A DNA stretch of 64,000 nt, from assembly GCF_009914755.1 (NCBI RefSeq), contig NC_060947.1; one strand, written 5' to 3'. The first letter of the stretch is position 1. Every line of letters begins with the position of its first letter. Position numbers and translations under genes: made by a program. The notes below the pieces were generated by a model. It was given only the letters and a program-made list of their open reading frames with translations, was not told the DNA's origin and did not search any database. Shown here in pieces: positions 25,215 to 37,579 of the stretch. This DNA comes from the human T2T-CHM13v2.0 reference genome, Homo sapiens.

Positions 25215-28200
25215 TCTCTCAAGATGGTAGATTAGAGGCATCGCTAGCATATCTCTCCCACTTGGAAGGACAAAATAGTGTGTACAGGAAAACTGAAAGG
25301 AATCTATGGACCCTTTGAAGGAGTCGAGTAAAGAGCTGTGAGTCCCCAGAGTATGAGAGGAGAGTTTGCCTTGAGGATACACACTCCCACTGGGGACCCT
25401 GAAAGTCCAGGCCATGGGGGAAGGCCCTAACCCCACCCAGCACAGGAAGTGACTTGGGGAGTGTTGTGGAATATAAAAGTAGAAGCAGCGTTGGTAGACC
25501 CTTGCATGTACTTCCAGACTCCAGTGCGAACCCAGGGCAGCCATTCCTTACTGCTCTTCACAGGTAACCCAGCATAGGACAGCCAAAATCTTCAGGCAGT
25601 GGTCACAAGTTGAAAGACGCCCCCAGATGGGGTTTCCTGATATAACCATGGGTGGGGACGAACTCCTTCAGCCAGGGCCAGGGTAAGGGAGAGTGAAAAG
25701 TGGGCTGTGAATGCAGGTGTCGTGAGTGCAGGAACCACAGGTGCAATAGCCTAGTGCTTGGCTTTGCAGTGGGTGGGGAGGGGAGTGGTCTGAAGACCAA
25801 GGCTGCTGTCTCCATGGGGAAAGCCTATGGCTCCAGGGAGTTGCGAGTTCTGATTACAGGCTGGCTGGAATTCAACTCGCTGCTGTTAGTGAAACACTGT
25901 AGGAGTGAATCTGCCTTAGCAAGGGCATTGGGAATGGTGTGGGGCTTACCACCTGCTACTCCTCACTCCCTGCACAAACACTTCTGTGCAGCAGAGACAG
26001 CAACGCTCCCCAGTGGACTATAACCAGTGGTCTGAGGCACATTCCCATCCCTCGACGCTGACAGAGGCTGCTACTTGTCCTGCACATGAAGCCAAGAGTG
26101 CAAACCTGCCTGACCCAGCCCCTACCTGGCTTTGCCCCTTCACTCACCCTGGTGGCTTAACGAAAAGGACAGAATCTCTTGGGAGCTACACGGTCCCACC
26201 CGATGCCTGAGAAACCAGAGTATCATCCCTGGGCAACAGAAGACAAGTAAAAATCCCACTGCTACTACCACAGCTGGTGCTCCTTTGCAAGTGCTACTTT
26301 CTGGCTGGAGGCCAACCAATACAGTCCATTACAGCATCTCCTGGTAGAATAACACTGCACCCAGGAAGGAGAAAATGGCTGTGTGATAGCTATCACCCCT
26401 TCCTGCACCATGCTGACTAACTTGCTATTGGTCTGCCAAGGCAAGACTAAGCAAAAAGAACAAATCTGGAGGCATCACATTACCTGACTTCAAACTATAC
26501 TCTAAGGCTATAGTCACCAAAATAGCATGGTATTTGTTTTTAAAAAAGGCACATAGACCAATGGAACAGAATAGAGAACCCTGAAATGAAGCCAAATACT
26601 TACAGCCAACTGATATTTGACAAACCATGCAAAAACATAAAGTGGGGAAAGGACACCCTATTCAACAAATGGTGCTGTGATAATTGGCAAGCCACATGTA
26701 GGAGAATGAAAGTGGATCCTCATCTCTCACATTATACAAAAATCAACTAGATTAATCAGACTTAAATCTAAGATCAAAAATCATAAACATTCTAGAAGAA
26801 AACCTTGGATAAACTCTTTGGAACATTGGCCTAGGCAAATAATTCATGACTAAGGCCCCAAAAGCAACTGCAACAAAAACAAAAATAAATAAATGGGACT
26901 TAATTAAACTAAAAAGTTTCTCCACAGCAAAAGAAATAATCAGCAGAGTCAACAGACTCCCAAAGAATGAGAGAAAATATTTACAAACTGTACATCTGAA
27001 AGAAGACTAGAATCCAGAATCTACAAGAAACTCAAACAAATCATCAAGACAAAAACAAATAACCCTATCCAATAGTGGGCAAGGGACATGAATAGACATT
27101 TCCCTAAAGGAGATATACAAATGGCCAACAAACATATGAAAAAATGCTCAACATTACAAATCATTGGGAAAATGCAAATTGAAACCACAAGGAGACACCA
27201 CCTTACTCCTACAAGAATGGGCACTATTAAAAATTCATAAAACACTAGATGTTGGCTCGGATGTGGGAAAAATGGAATGCTTATACACTGCTTGTTTGAA
27301 TGCAAATTTGTACAACTTCTATGCAAAACAGTATGTAGATCCCTTAAAGAGCGAAAAGTAGATTTACCATTTGTATTACTCAGGGCTCTCTGGAAGGACA
27401 GAACTAATGGAGTTTATTAAGTATTAACTCACAGGATCACAATGTCTCACAATAAGCCCTCTGCAGGCTAAAAAAAGGAGAGCCAGTCCAAGTTCCAAAA
27501 CTGAAGAACTTGGAGTCGGAAGTTCGAGGGCAGGAAGCACCCAGCATGGGAGAAAGATGTAAGCTGGGAGGCTAGGCCAGTCTCTCTTTTCACATTTTTC
27601 TGCCTGCTTTATATTCTAACCATGTTGGTAGCTGATTAGATGGTGCCCACCCAGATTAAGGGTGGGTTTGCCTTTCCCAGCCCACTGACTCAAATGTTAA
27701 TCTCCTATGGCAACACTCTCATTGACACACCCAGGATCAATACCTTGTATCCTTCAATCCAATCAAGTTGACACTTGGTATTAATCACCACACCATTTGA
27801 TTGAGCAATCCCACTACCTGGTACCTACCCAAAGGAAAATAAGTCATTATGTGAAAAAGACACCTGTGCATTTATGTTTATAGCAGCAAAATTCTCAATT
27901 ACAAAGATGTGGAAGCAAGCTAAATGCCCACCGACTAATGAGTAGACAAAGAAAATACTATTCCATGGTATACCATGGAATGCTATTCAGCCATAAAAAG
28001 GAACAAAATAATGTGTTTGCAGCAACTTGGATGGAGCTGTATGCCACTCTTCTCAGCGAAGTAACACAGGGATGGAAAACAAAATAAACACATGTTCTCA
28101 CTTTTAAGCAGGAGCTAAGCTATGAGTAGGCAAAGGCATATAGAGTGATATAATGGACTTTAGAGACTCAGAAGTGGGAGAGTGGGAGAGGGGCTACGGA

Positions 28201-28340
28201 TTTTTTAAAAAGTACACATTAGGTATAATGTACACTACTAGGGTGATTGGTGCACAAAATTTTCCTAATTCACCACTATAGAATTCATCCATGAAACAAA
28301 AAACCACTTGTACCCCAAAAGCTACTTAAATAAAAATTAA
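25215..28340 (+). mobile_element. L1PB-like element: 5' UTR (to ~26420) joined directly to the 3' part of ORF2 + 3' UTR; interrupted by MLT2A
   Basis: caagatggtagattagaggc start of a GC-rich 5' UTR; gcaagactaagcaaaaagaacaaatctggaggcatcac ORF2; accacttgtaccccaaaagct 3' end. Confidence 0.85.
27372..27792 (-). mobile_element. MLT2A-like (HERV-L) solo LTR
   Basis: tgtatt...ttaatcaccaca with perfect TSD CCATT. Confidence 0.9.
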
Positions 28341-28569
28341 TTTTAAAGACATGGATACTTATAAATGTCTTCAAAGTATCTATATATTCTATCCCTAGGC
28401 CATCCAAATGCTTCCCTGTCTCCACAGTACCATCTTGCATTTTTTATTATCATTCACTTGTTGTTTTTAAAAGGGACAACTGTTTCTCATTACTTGAAGT
28501 CTCTGAGTTTGACAGTTTACATACTAGCTAAAGTTTATTTTTAATGACTTCAATACTTCAGCATTTATT

Positions 28570-29167
28570 TTCAGACAAATGCAGAGTGGGAAAAATTTTG
28601 ATTTTCCTGATATATATGTTTCCAGTTGAGGTCCAACAATGCAATGCTCTACTGGCTTGTTTCAGCTGTTACACCAAAAATAGTGTGTCATGTGTGTGTG
28701 TGTGTGTGGTCTATTTAGTTCCATTTCTTTTGCATTTCCATTGACCCTGGGTGTGTCAGTGAGAGTGTTGCCATAGGAGATGTCCAAAACAGTTTAAGTA
28801 ATATTTTCCATGTGTGATGAAACTGAAAAAGTGACTAAATTTGTGGATTTATGAGATGATGTCTGATTTTTAAAAAATGTATAGTACACAGCAATTTATT
28901 GTTATATTAACCTGGGTCAAGAATAGCTGAAACTCTTCTCAACTATTGTTTCATTATAAAGAATTCCTGCATATAATTTGTTATTTGGAAGAAATATGCA
29001 CTAAATAAGGTATCTTTAAACATAAACACACATAAAACGATGCTATGTATTGATCAATGGATGGAAATACTGTGGCCACATGCTTGCAGGATACTAATTC
29101 TGTAATTTCCCTAGGAGCAATGACTTGGTATTTGCTAACTGACTGTTTCCAGTGACTTTATATAACA
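28570..29167. mobile_element. TcMar-Tigger DNA transposon fragments (MER82-like)
   Basis: cagttgaggtccaacaatgc...cttgtttcagct; taaataaggtatctttaaac...ccctaggagcaatg. Confidence 0.6.
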
Positions 29168-29477
29168 TAATCCCCACGTGCCAAGGGAGGGACATGATGG
29201 GAGGCGATTGGATCATGGGGGCAGTTTTCCCCATGATATTCTTGTGATAGTGAATAAGTCTCATGAAATCTGATCGTTTTAAAAGTGACTCTTCCCCCTT
29301 CACCCCTCACTCTTCTCTCTCCTGCTGCCTTGTTTCCCCTTTGCCTTCCACCATGATTTTAAGTTTCCTGAGGCCTCCCCAGCCATTCAGAACTGTGAGT
29401 CAATTAAACCTCTTTCCTTTATAAAGTACCCAGTCTCAGGGAAGTTCTTTATAATGATGTGAAAATGGACTAATACA
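29168..29477 (+). mobile_element. 5'-truncated MaLR LTR (MSTA/THE1D-like)
   Basis: gattggatcatgggggcagttttcccc...gtgaaaatggactaataca. Confidence 0.85.
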
Positions 29478-30300
29478 ACCATTATAGTGATACGGATTAC
29501 TTTACTCATGTAGACATATGCACATGTATGGTGTGTGTGTGTGTGTGTGTGCATGTCTGTGTGTATAAATATCTATATTTTAAAAATTATGTGCAGTGAT
29601 CATACAAGTACTTTATAATCAGAAAAAAAATTATTACAAATATTTGAGAACTGTTTTCCACCTGTTTATTTGCTTTGACCTTTTTGCTGTGGTCTGATTT
29701 ATAAGAAGGATTTTTTAGGGAAATCCTGTTTTCTTTCATATGGGGTCAGGGAGGTCAGTAAAATTGTCACGAGTGAATTTACTATAGATGTTATTAAACT
29801 AAGTGTATTTTATAAATTATATGTGTAAGCACATAGATAGATAAAAGCAAGCTAATGAATTTGAATTGAGCATTTCACATTCTGGGCCATTCTGGGTGTC
29901 ATCTATGAGAATACAGCGGTATAGTGTCCTGCACAAAACCAACTTCTGAGCTAGAGAGATGAGATGGTAAGTAGAATTATAAATGCGAAGATCCATTTGA
30001 CAGACTAGGATTTGAATGAAGCTTATTATAGTATAAAATGAAATGTAAACTAGTAATAGCACAATAAGACATAAGACTGCTAAGAACTTTGTGATATGAG
30101 TTTGAGCATACACACTAGTATTAAAGATTAGACTGGAGTTAACTTTATTCTCTTGGTACATTTATATAATTACAGGAAGTCATGCATCCTCATTCACTCA
30201 CTGTATCCATTTATCACATGAATATGCTTTACAAATATTACTGCTAAGACAAAGGAAAACTACACGATGAAAACATCTTTATTTTTCCTCTTCTCTTTAG

Positions 30301-30756
30301 GGTCTAACGTTCTGCAAATAGTAAAGTCTATTTTGCTATGTTTAGAAAAATGCCCAGCATGCTATAGAGGAGGGGTCTTCAAACATTTGGATGAGATTAC
30401 AGTGCTACAGGAAAGAGAGTTAAATCTTCAGAGGGTTTATTCCTCTTGGGGAAATTTCTTTCCCTACTGATAGTCCACTATTTGTGAGAGTATCTCCTGA
30501 CAAAATCAAGATTTATTAATTCTTCATCTGGTGTCCTGCAAAACTCACTAGGCGCCTAAGGTGTATACTCAAAACACTTTATCGGTTCCTTGTTTACACA
30601 TTTCTATGTGATTTCTTAACCAGAGAAGCTATTTTGAACTGCATATTTCTTACTAGGACTCCACTAATACCTCCCTCCACCCATATGGATAGCCATATAG
30701 TTATTTGGCCACCACGCTGCCTATCATTCATTGGAGTTGATAAGAGAAGAATAAAA
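30301..30756 (+). pseudogene. Large pseudo-exon with a near-complete RGS-like domain; +1 frameshift at ~30462 and TAA at 30517
   Basis: Very strong acceptor ctttatttttcctcttctctttag; reading continues to 30843 with one frameshift and one internal stop; donor AAA|gtcagg tentative. Confidence 0.7.
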
Positions 30757-31036
30757 GTCAGGAAGTCAAGGAAGTGTTGGCTCTACATTAATTTTAAGAC
30801 AGTGGTTTTCATTTTGGAGGGAGGAGTCCAAAGATTCCATTGAGTATCTGATGAAAGCAGTGGACCCTTTCCCTTAAAGGTTCTGAATACATATATGCCA
30901 CGATTCACGTAAAAACTGAAAGTATTTTTTAAAATGTTATAAAACTTGCACATGGATTTTTTAAAAATATACATATTCCAGGTCTAAAACTTTCACTTAA
31001 GAGTAATTCAAGGCCTTTCCTCTCATTCTGTTGCAG

Positions 31037-31301
31037 AGAGAAGTCAGCTCTGCTATCATTGAATTCACTTTGATAAACTGGACTGCGGAGATAGAGAGTT
31101 GGGCTTTCATCATAAATGAACTTAGAGCAGCAATATCCTTATATAAAATACAAGAATGGTACCTGAAGGATAGGGGCCCATAAGGCCACTGGATACGTCC
31201 TCCAGTTCAGTCAAGTTATCCTGCTTCTTAAATGGGTTTATCCCATTTCTTCAGGGCCTATGGTTGCATGGCTAAATTCCTAAATAATATACATTTATCT
31301 A
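31037..31301 (+). pseudogene. Pseudo-exon with an RGS-like domain: REVSSAIIEFTLINWTAEIESWAFIINELRAAISLYKIQEWYLKDRGP*GHWIRPPVQSSYPAS*MGLSHFFRAYGCMAKFLNNIHLS
   Basis: Strong acceptor ctttcctctcattctgttgcag; 2 stops in 88 codons; donor at 31301 or 31341. Confidence 0.65.
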
Positions 31302-31406
31302 GTGTATCCTGTGTTGATTCACCAATATATATGGGATGGCAGTAAATTGTTAGAGTAGTAATGAGGGTTTTCACATGTGACCCCACTACATCTTTCTTTA
31401 CTGTAG

Positions 31407-31547
31407 GCAAAATTAACACCAGTCAACTAGGAAGAAGAGAGTATGATGACAGCAAGCTGAGCTTTTAAATCTACAAGAAGATTCTTTCTTGTACAGCTTC
31501 TGGAGATATGATTGCTATGGAGCCAATTTGTACATGTGAACTAAGAT
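31407..31547 (+). pseudogene. Pseudo-exon (phase 1->1): KINTSQLGRREYDDSKLSF*IYKKILSCTASGDMIAMEPICTCELR
   Basis: tctttctttactgtag acceptor, T|gtgagt donor, one stop. Confidence 0.6.
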
Positions 31548-31659
31548 GTGAGTGTCTGCCAACATATTCTGGATTCGAGAGACTGAAATATGCCCCCATG
31601 CTAATGAGGTACGGACTCTGATTTGTATTTAAATGATGTAATTTTGGAGTCAAATGCCT

Positions 31660-31830
31660 TTGCCTGAGTGAAAGGAATATAGGTTTTGAAGTCAGACACA
31701 GCAAAGTCTGAATTCTAGCTCAGGCACTTCCTATGAACTTGTTTATATTGTTCTTATTCTATGAGTCTGTTTTCTAATCTGTAAAAAGAGTATAAATACT
31801 ATTTACCTCAGGCACACTGCAAAAATTCTA
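31660..31830 (+). mobile_element. MIR
   Basis: ttttgaagtcagacac...ctgttttctaatctgtaaaa...atttacctca. Confidence 0.6.
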
Positions 31831-31862
31831 AATAGTTTAAAATTCCTGATCTTAGCTCTCAG

Positions 31863-31928
31863 TAATTAGGAACCATATCTGATTATCACCCCGGGGCCAA
31901 AGCTTGTGTGCCAGTGTGATTCATCAAG
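31863..31928 (+). pseudogene. Pseudo-exon (phase 1->1), 66 nt
   Basis: ctctcag acceptor, AAG|gtaatt donor, one TGA. Confidence 0.4.
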
Positions 31929-32138
31929 GTAATTATTAAAACTATCAAACAAATTTCGGCATTTCTTGATACCAGGATAAGAAGCCCATGCTTTTTTCCA
32001 TAAACAATGGGGAGTCATTGAAGATCTATCTCTCCTAATTTTTATATGAATGAAAACAAAAAAATAAGCTAATAAGAAATAATGAAAAGTTATTTCTATA
32101 TCACTGCAAATTCAGATTCATTGAATTATCTTCTGCAG

Positions 32139-32343
32139 GCCTCAAAACGCAGTCATTTTTCAAGTGAATGATTTAACATTGCAATGACATTGCACTCTGT
32201 TGTTGGTAGTGTTTTCATTATTAGAGGAGCACGTTGTGGACAATTAGCCTGCACTTCAATGATGACATTTGTTCAAAAATTGCCAGGATCACTCATGAAG
32301 GCTTGAATTGCACTATTTGAAGAAAAGTGAAGGACTAAAAAAG
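32139..32343 (+). pseudogene. Pseudo-exon, 205 nt (phase 1->2), heavily decayed
   Basis: ttatcttctgcag acceptor, AAG|gtgagg donor; several stops in every frame. Confidence 0.45.
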
Positions 32344-32867
32344 GTGAGGTTAACATAAGTCATATTTACTTTTATCGTAGGAGTTATAATTGCTGAAAGC
32401 CTTCCTAGTTGGCCCAAATGGGGAAACTGAGTCCCCAGTAAGAGAAGAGAGTTGCCTTTAATTGCATAGTAAGATAGAAACAGATTTTGAAGTGGAACAG
32501 GAGCACGAATTTTATTTCTAATACTGAGAAGTATGAATGAAACCTTTGTGGGTGGCAGGTCTTTATTCAACAGCTACGTGATCTCCTACTATGGGTGGTG
32601 TCAGTAATTCAATGAGTATGTAAGTCTCCATGATTTACCAGGCACTATACTAGGTGAACACATCAGAAAAACCTACAACCCTCATGGGGCTTATAGACTA
32701 GAAAACTCAGACAGCAACATATACACACTTGTTATCTAATAATAATTCTGTAACTCTGATACAGGAGATGCACAGGCCTAAGAAAGTATATAAAATGGGG
32801 AGATTATATAGTTAAAGAGATCAGTACATATTACTGCAGTCCCAAACAAGTTTTTAAATTATTTTAG

Positions 32868-32969
32868 AGGCTGCTCTATCCATGAAAATAACTATAAAGG
32901 CTATACGAGTCTTTATGTATCAAGTAACTCACAGTTTATTCGCATCCTTTCAAAAACCATGATCTTAGA
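32868..32969 (+). pseudogene. Pseudo-exon (phase 2->2): GCSIHENNYKGYTSLYVSSNSQFIRILSKTMIL
   Basis: ttattttag acceptor, GA|gtaagg donor, open. Confidence 0.55.
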
Positions 32970-33199
32970 GTAAGGTCCAACCGATATGTTGTCTAACTCG
33001 ACTTTATATTTTCATTACAAAATTTCTTACTACATAAGTGCAAAAATTATCCTCAGATTTCAGTTTGTGTTTCACTGGTTTGGAGCTATTACCTTCACCA
33101 GGGGGTGATTTGGGCAGGTCTAACGACTAGGGGTCCCCTTGGGACAGGGCCCCAGTAAGAGGACCTTTAACCTATGTCTGTGGCTGTACAGTCAGCCGA

Positions 33200-33960
33200 T
33201 ACACAAAATAATGTTTAGAATTTGAGTTGGGCCTGGAAAAGCAGTAAGATTTTGGATAGAGTTGGATGTGAGAAGAACCTCAGTTATTCCAATCAGCAAA
33301 AGCAGAGAGGGGGATGTGTAGGAGGCTAATTTAGTTAGAGAATAGCAACTGAATCAGTTGGGCTGGGACATTGAGTATGTGAAGGATATAAATAGAAGAT
33401 AAGATTAGAGCAGCGGCACCACAAAGAAATAATCAATGCTTAAAGTGATATATTTGAAGTGAAATTGTTTGAGTCTCAACCACCAGGCTAAGGAATTTTA
33501 ATTTTATCATGTTAACAATCGGGAGTCTTTGAAGCTTTTTAAGAAAAAAATATAAACAGAGGAAGCAGTGTTTAGGAAGCCTTTTAAATATACAATAGAC
33601 AGTTGAAAGGGAAAAAAAAGTGGAGCCTGATAGAAAGTGAAGGATACCAAAACATCAAGGAAAATAAGCATGGCCGCATAGTTAATGTCCCAGGATAGCA
33701 TATAACAATGGAAGCACAGAGAACCTAGGATGGGCATTTGGAAAATTGTCGGCATTTAAGTATAGCATATGGATGAAGCAAGAGAGAAAGAACAGAGGAA
33801 AAGTGGCAGAGTGGTGGTTCTGATTCTGCTGAAAACAGTCAATGTGTGAACAACTAGCAAAAACAGTTTTTGTGTATTCTATAGAACTAGAAAAATCTAT
33901 AGAGCTAGACAACGAAGAATAAGTCAGTAAAAATAAAACTGTGCCCTGTGATTTTAAAAG
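33200..33960 (-). mobile_element. L2 fragments (another at ~32555-32820)
   Basis: caccaggctaaggaatttt...gggagtctttgaagctttttaag reverse-L2 pattern. Confidence 0.55.
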
Positions 33961-34059
33961 ACAGATAGAACTTAGCTAACTAGATTAAGTAACCATGAGA
34001 TGGACAGTAAAGCAAAGAAATGAAGAGAGAGGAGAGCTCAGTAAGATGGAGTGAGGTTG

Positions 34060-34230
34060 GAATTCTGCTCTGCTGTTTGACCTTACACACCATACTTTCC
34101 TCTCTCAGCATCATGTTTCTCTTATGTAAACTACGGGTACTAATACTAACTCATGATGATTTTGTGACTAATACATTTGATAATGCATAAAGTATTTAAC
34201 ATAGTGCCTGGAGTATAATATTTATTAAGA
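34060..34230 (+). mobile_element. MIR
   Basis: tttctcttatgtaaac...taatactaactcat...aagtatttaacatagtgcctgg. Confidence 0.7.
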
Positions 34231-34432
34231 GCTTGCCCTGTGTTGCTTATTATGACATTTGATATAAAGGGAATGACCCCTATGCCTTTCTATGGCCACT
34301 GAATAAATCCTCGCATGCAAGATCATCATAGAATATGGTGCCAGGAAAAATAATGTTGGCTTTCCCTAGAAATTGCTGAGCTTCCTGCTTTGTAATAATG
34401 AGGGCCATGCAAGTTTTAGTTTTTGTTCACAG

Positions 34433-34497
34433 GTCTGTTTCCCTTTGGCTTGGTTTCCTGATATATTAGGATGAATTTTGAAACTCAAGTCTAACAA
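34433..34497 (+). pseudogene. Pseudo-exon (phase 2->1): SVSLWLGFLIY*DEF*NSSLT
   Basis: tttttgttcacag acceptor, A|gtaagt donor. Confidence 0.55.
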
Positions 34498-34805
34498 GTA
34501 AGTTAACCCTTACAATTTTCATATGTTCTTCTTTATTTCCATGCTTCTGATTTTGTGCTTTTAATGAGTTTCATGGTTTTTAATTATCATTTATTATGTA
34601 CCGTTTTTTTCCTGGCATGGTGTTAGTTATTCTGCATGCAAGCTCAAAACACCCTTGTAAAGTAAAAATCGTTAACCTTATTTTACATATGAGCAAAGTA
34701 TAGTTCAGGGAGGTGAAGTTAATTCCAAACTCACACAGTTAATAAGTGCAAGAGTAGGGATTTGCAACTACATTTCTCAGGTCTCAAGCTTTCGCTGTTT
34801 CCTTT

Positions 34806-35120
34806 GTCTTTTCGGGTTTTTTTTGTTTGTTTTGTTTTTTGAGACCGAGTCTCACTCTGTTGCCAGGCTGGAGCGCAGTGGCGTGATCTCAGCTTACTGC
34901 AACATCTGCCTCCCGGGTTCAAGCTGTTCTCCTGCCTCAGCCTCCTGAGTAGCTGTGACTACAGGCACGTACCACCACGCCCAGCTAATTTTTATATTTT
35001 TAGTAGAGATGGGGTCTCACCATGTTGGCCAGTCTGGTCTCGATCTCTTGACCTGGTGATCTGCCTGCCTCAGCCTCCCAAAGTGCTGGTATTACAAGTG
35101 TGAGCCACCGCACATGGTCC
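34806..35120 (-). mobile_element. AluS at the end of an antisense MIR (~34600-34800)
   Basis: Reverse Alu dimer; TSD gctgtttc(c/t)tt. Confidence 0.93.
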
Positions 35121-35189
35121 GCTGTTTCTTTTACATTTGTTATGAATCACAGGAATGGGTAAAATCACAATAATATAAAAAATGACTTA

Positions 35190-35785
35190 AAAGCAGTATA
35201 GTTGAAAAAGTCTGGGGTTTTTAATGACTGTACATGTAAAATATGTGAACTCTATGATATGACTTCAAAAAAAATTAGCATATGGGACCGACCCATCCAC
35301 TTCTTTCCAGTCTGACTACATTCACTTCTGGCATTGTACTTCAGCAGGAGGACAGTCAAGCTAGACTGTACTCAAAAGAGGCTAACCAGATGGTAATGAG
35401 ACCTTAAACTAGTCATGTGAGGATCATTAGAATAAACTTGAGAGCTTTGCATGAAGAAAAGACATAGTGCAAGTATATATATTGTTTTTTTTTACATTTG
35501 TGAACTGATTAGAGATTAAACTTGCTTTATGTGGTGCACCAGGACAGAACTAGAACCTGTGACAGAAGTTGCAGAGCAGAAGATTTGAAATAAAAATAAA
35601 ATTTTCTCATATTAAAGACTATCCATTAATAGAATGAGATGCCTCAAGAGGTGAACTTCAAAGCATTTGAGTTTTTAAGAAGAGGTTCGATAGCCACTTG
35701 GGAAAAGCATTGCATAGGAGTTTCAAATAGTAGGTAAGGGATTAGACAGGTGCTAAGGTCATTCCAACCACTAGTTTGTGATTGA
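35190..35785 (+). mobile_element. L3/CR1 3' portion
   Basis: aagaggctaaccagatggt...catgtgaggatc...aaggtcattccaacc. Confidence 0.65.
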
Positions 35786-35824
35786 AATAAACATAACTGT
35801 ATTGTCCTATCTATATGTTTTCAG

Positions 35825-35847
35825 TCAGATGTTTCTGCATCATAAAT
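35825..35847 (+). pseudogene. Candidate 23-nt micro-exon (phase 1->0)
   Basis: tatgttttcag ... AAT|gtaagt; bridges the phases of 34497 and 37453. Confidence 0.3.
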
Positions 35848-35984
35848 GTAAGTCAGGATAAGAAGTAATACTGAACCCCAATACCTCCGCTGTGTAAAGC
35901 AGAAAAGTTTTATTTGTTTTCATACTTGAGCTCTATTGTGGGTCAGTAAAGAAGCTCTGCTCTGCCTAGTCACTCAGCGCAATT

Positions 35985-36765
35985 ACTTTTGATGTTAACT
36001 ATCCCAGAGTTAGGCCAAATTTTACAGGTTAAGGGTACAGTCCTTCACAAGACTGCCCTCATTTTATACATCAACCACAAGCTTGGAAGTTTCCAGGGTC
36101 ATCAACACTTCTGACCAACTAGCCAAAAATTTGGGATTTTCACAACACCTTTTGGTTCAATAACTTGCTAGAACAATGCACAGAACTCAGGAAAACACTA
36201 TACTTAAAATTAGTTTTATTATAGCAAAATTAATACAAATCAGAAAGAGCCAAAAGAATAGATGTACAGGGTGATGTCTGGGAGTGTCTGTAACACAAAG
36301 GTGTCTTCTCCCTATGTATTTAGGATGGATAATTCTCTCAGTATACAGTGTTCTTAACCAGGGAGGCTCACTTGAGCTTTGTTGTTGGTAGTTTTTATTG
36401 GGGTTCCATTACATAGTCACAAATGATTGAATCATTGGCTAAGAGGTTGAATTTAATCTTTTACCTCTCCTCCCCTTCCTGGAGGTTGGGCTGATGCCAC
36501 CTGGCTGAAAACTCTAATGCTGTGATCACATAGTTGGTCTTCTTGACATGGCCAACCCCCACTCTGAGTCACTATCTCACTATCTTAGTATCAACTATGT
36601 AGGGGCCCACCAAGAGTCACCTAATTAGCATAAACTACTAAGTGTGGCCCGCGGGGCCTGCCATGAATGACAAAGACATTTCAATTACTCAAGAAATCTC
36701 AAAGTTTAAGGGCTACCTCCCAGAAATGAAGAACACAGGCCAGATAAATTTTTTATTACATAACA
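35985..36765 (-). mobile_element. MER21-like LTR nested in an old MLT1 (~35850-36990)
   Basis: cacaagactgccctc...gaactcaggaaaacac...aaagtttaagggctacctcccag; the MLT1 halves rejoin at actcag. Confidence 0.7.
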
Positions 36766-37452
36766 CTCAGGAACCCCAGGAGGATGAAGCTGCCACCATC
36801 TTGAACTTTGATCATTGTAGTGAGAGACAGAAAGAGAAATTTGGGTAGTCTCACAATGATAATTAAATGTCCTGTCCCAGAAAATGGAATGTTATTTCTG
36901 TTGACAACTCATTGGCCCAAATTAATCACATGACTCCACCAAACCATAAGGGGTCCACAAAGTACAATTCTTCAATGGGATTGGAAGTGAAGAGTAAAAA
37001 GTATTTGACTGATAGCCCTAGTGACTTACCATAAATGTTCTTCAGTTGAACATCATATTCTTAGCACAGTTACTTTTTACCAACATTTTCATTCACAAAT
37101 TATTTTTTTACATGGATGCCGTCCATGTAAAAATTAGCTAAATATCACTAAAATATCACTATATTGAATGATCTTATCTGGAAACTCATAATTATTTTCA
37201 TAGATTTAAGGTTTTATTTTGAATAACACAGCATCTGTGTTCGTCTTTTATTTCCCTTAACCATGTTAACTTTAAATTGTGTGTTAAAAATAGAAATGAC
37301 ATGTAGCAGAGTATTGAGTACTTTAAATATTTTTGTTTCTGTGTGAATTTATTTCAATACAAATAATTGTAAAGGGTAAAATAAAATCACTCTGTTACAT
37401 TAAACTAATAACTTGGGCTTGAAAAGCAAATATTTCTCTTGTATTTGCCAAG

Positions 37453-37579
37453 TAATCTAGACTACTACCTAGATTTATTTTGGTATCACAAATACTAAGG
37501 GGAATGAAGCAGTCTTACACTATTAGTCATGATGTCATACAAACACACAGTTACATAGTTATTAAAATGAGTTCAGAAG
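37453..37579 (+). pseudogene. Candidate pseudo-exon: *SRLLPRFILVSQILRGMKQSYTISHDVIQTHSYIVIKMSSE
   Basis: tctcttgtatttgccaag acceptor, AAG|gtaata donor, open after the first codon. Confidence 0.4.

Noticed and set aside
25098-26347. ORFs up to 148 aa
   Set aside because: GC-rich L1PB 5' UTR sequence.
29817-30161. 114-aa minus-strand ORF; + donor ATG|gtaagt at 29966
   Set aside because: No recognisable protein; the + candidate exon has a poor acceptor and several stops.
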